The translations under genes and the position numbers were made by a program. 64,000 nt of DNA from Microthyrium microscopicum (Eukaryota): contig MU004233.1 in NCBI GenBank assembly GCA_010405405.1, forward strand, positions 2,582,539 to 2,646,538, in the 5' to 3' direction. The stretch's first letter is position 1. Each line of letters opens with the position of its first letter. The notes under the pieces are model-generated. The model saw nothing but the letters and a program-made list of their open reading frames with translations. It was not told where the DNA came from and did no database searches. Of the stretch, positions 61,301-64,000 are shown piece by piece.

Positions 61301-64000
61301 CTATGAGCTGTGTGGCATTTGGCTCGGATAATACTACAATCGAAACGGAATTCGATGCCACTGTAGATCCACCAAAAGGGCCATCAAGAACCTCAATGGC
61401 CACATACGTGTTACTAGAAACACTGAAAGGTTGCAAAGCATCCAAGCCGGCATTACGGCGTGGCTCCATCATCTGGCTGCTTTCATTAGTGCAGTATGGT
61501 AGTCACCACGAAGTGATTCAAAGCCATTTGACCCAATGTCAGCGGGCGTTCATGTTGTGTCTAAGCGACCGGGAAGAACTGGTCCAAGAAGCTGCTGCCC
61601 GTGGTTTGGGTCTGGTGTATGAGAAGGGTGACAAGAAGCTGAAGGATGCGTTAGTCGCAGACCTGGTCTCCTCGTTTTCTGACAACAAAGCGAAGATGAG
61701 TGGCACAGTAGAACTCGATACTGAACTGTTCAGCGAAGGTGTTCTACGAACTCACGATGGGTCAGTCTCGACATACAAGGACATCTTGGACCTCGCATCG
61801 GAGGTTGGAAATCCAAGTTTGGTGTATCAGTTCATGTCTTTAGCGGCAGACAGCGCAATCTGGAATAGTCGAGCGGCATTTGGCAAATTCGGCTTGTCCA
61901 ATATCTTCTCCGACTCTGGAGCCGATGGATATCTTGCTCAGAATCCGAAACTGTATCCAGCTCTGTACCGGTATCAGTTTGATTCCAACCCCGGCGTCCA
62001 AAGATCGATGCGATCACTATGGCAGAGCTTGGTCAAAAATCCACAGGAAACACTAAACGATCAATTTGATGTCATCATGCGAGACTTGCTCAAACACGTT
62101 CTTGGCCGAGAATGGCGAGCAAGAGAAGCCTCTTGTCGAGCCATCGCAGACCTGATCCAAGATCGTAAGTTTGAGAGATATGAGAAGTATATGGATGAGA
62201 TTTGGACTTGTTGTTCTAAGGTCATGGACGACATCAAAGGCTCTGTCCGTGAAGCAGCCAAGGGCCTCTCCCGCACTCTTACTGCCATCTTGGTTCGCAA
62301 CTTGGAGACTGGTGAGCCATCCAAGGCACTTCTGGGAATGCTTGGACATACCATTCCATTCTTACTTGATCCTGCCCGAATCGATTCAGCAGCAGAGGAC
62401 GTGAAAGCTTGGTCAGTTTCTACACTGCTCACCATCATCAAAAAGAGCAAAGGGTCTGTTCTCGAGGAATGGATCCCTCTCCTACTAGAATCATTCATCA
62501 CACTATTCAGTTCTCTCGAACCAGCAGCAGTCAACTATCTCCACCTCAACGCAGCAAAATACAACACCACCGCATCAGAAATCGACGGCATGCGTCTCCA
62601 AGCCACAAGACAAAGTCCGCTGATGGAAGCACTCGAGACACTTCTTGACATGCCATACAAGAACCCTGATACACCCAACAAAATCATCATCGTCGTTGAG
62701 CAATCTATGCAACGCATGATCGGCATGCCTTCATTGACGGCTACTAGTCGTATCATAGTCACCATGTTTGTCCGCCATCATGCTCGATATAAGGAGTTCG
62801 CAGACAGACTGTTGACCGGTATTCGAAAGCCATTGACGGATCGAAACGATACTGTTTCCAGCTCTTTTGCTTATACGGTTGGGTATATTGCTCGCTGGGC
62901 TTCGGACCAGGAAATCAAAAAGATTGCTGATTATGGCGTCAAGCTTTGGCGTACGTCTGAAGCAGATAGACATCGAGAGGTGGGTGCGGAGATCTTCCAG
63001 GCTATCTCTAAGCAGGCATCTGAGAAATTTGCTGGCTTGTCCGGGTATCTGTTGCCTTTTGTGTTCGTGGGTAAGCATGATGATCAGGAAAGCGTCAAGG
63101 AGATTTTCTCCAAGACCTGGAGTGATAGCACTAGTGGCTCGAGAGTCATTATGCTTCATCTGACTGCTATGGTTGAGCTGGCTTCTACTATGCTCGATGA
63201 TCCAAAGTGGGCGATGAAGCATGCTGGAGCTAGAGCGATTGCTGAAGCAACCGATGTGATCGCCGGGCTAGACGCTCTCGTTGCGCCTGAAGAAGCTCCA
63301 AAGGTCTGGCCTGCGCTGGCCAAGGCACTGGGTGGAAAGACATGGGAAGGCAAGGAGGTTGTTCTCCAAGCCTTTGGCAAATTCGTTGAAAAAGTAGCAC
63401 CCTTTTGGCAGAAAGATCCGGCCGTTGCTTCTGAGATGACCAAGGCAAGTTCCTTATACTTAAAGTTTTGCGTATTCACTAATCAATAGTTTAGATCATG
63501 CTGCGAGAAGCACGACGCCAAAATCGTGACTATCAGCGACACTCTTTCCCGGTCCTGGGGCAATTCGCTGGTGCTCGTACAGATCTCGATCTAGGCGAGC
63601 AAGTACTAGAAATCGTATCACCCCTCGTCGATGATTTGGTGTCCGCTGAAGACTCTATGGATGTCGATGGCGAAGACAAAGTCAAAGATATCGTTCGTGA
63701 TGACTTGCTAGCCGGCGCGATCACATCTTCAGCGAAATCCTTCAAGTCGACAGTGATCAAGGACAACGGTTTGTGCCATTCCAGAACACTTCATGGTCTA
63801 GCTAACACATCCCAGACTTCGCCCCTAGATTCATGTCCTTCCTCGACATGGCCGTCAAAGCCAACTCCGTTCAAAGCAGACATGTCTCCATATCTCTCTT
63901 CGAAGTACTGGAACCTCTATTGAGCTCCATCGATACTTCCAGAGCCGATCTACTCAAGTCAAAGGAGTCTCAGATCGCTTCAAGACTCAAGGTTCTTCTA
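58398..64000 (+). CDS. ECM29: Proteasome adaptor Ecm29 (HEAT repeats), truncated by the window end; introns ~60452-60497, 63445-63494 (GC-AG), ~63769-63814
   Basis: EVALVEKLEMRIALA...FLPPLLLKLDS, VSTYKDILDLASEVGNPSLVYQFMSLA...WNSRAAFGKFG, KLYPALYRYQFDSN, REWRAREASC, GKTWEGKE. Confidence 0.95.

Overview
Fungal (Pezizomycotina-type) genomic DNA with short GT-AG introns and CTAAC/CTGAC branch points. Bases 1-5476 are an AT-rich, RIP-mutated transposon nest: a chromodomain Ty3/Gypsy retroelement abutting, and probably inserted into, a Fot1/pogo DNA transposon. The rest holds conserved genes (Eisosome1-like, ATG5, CDC6, SVP26, BUD23, a TBC GAP, telomerase TERT, a RhoGEF, a GNAT, ECM29) interrupted by accessory genes: a HET-domain gene, a probable pseudogene, and a ~16 kb island with a U-box-like ORF, a large PARP-like ADP-ribosyltransferase, a multi-pass membrane protein, a head-to-head HSPA12-like Hsp70 plus putative GrpE-like partner, an MDR oxidoreductase and a single-pass membrane protein. 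The most notable unexplained signal is the palindrome TCAG(C/G)CTGA, seen at least 8 times, always in non-coding DNA, and in 7 cases just upstream of these accessory genes. This suggests a co-regulated, possibly non-self or stress response gene set. All family calls are from motif recognition by eye; no searches were run.
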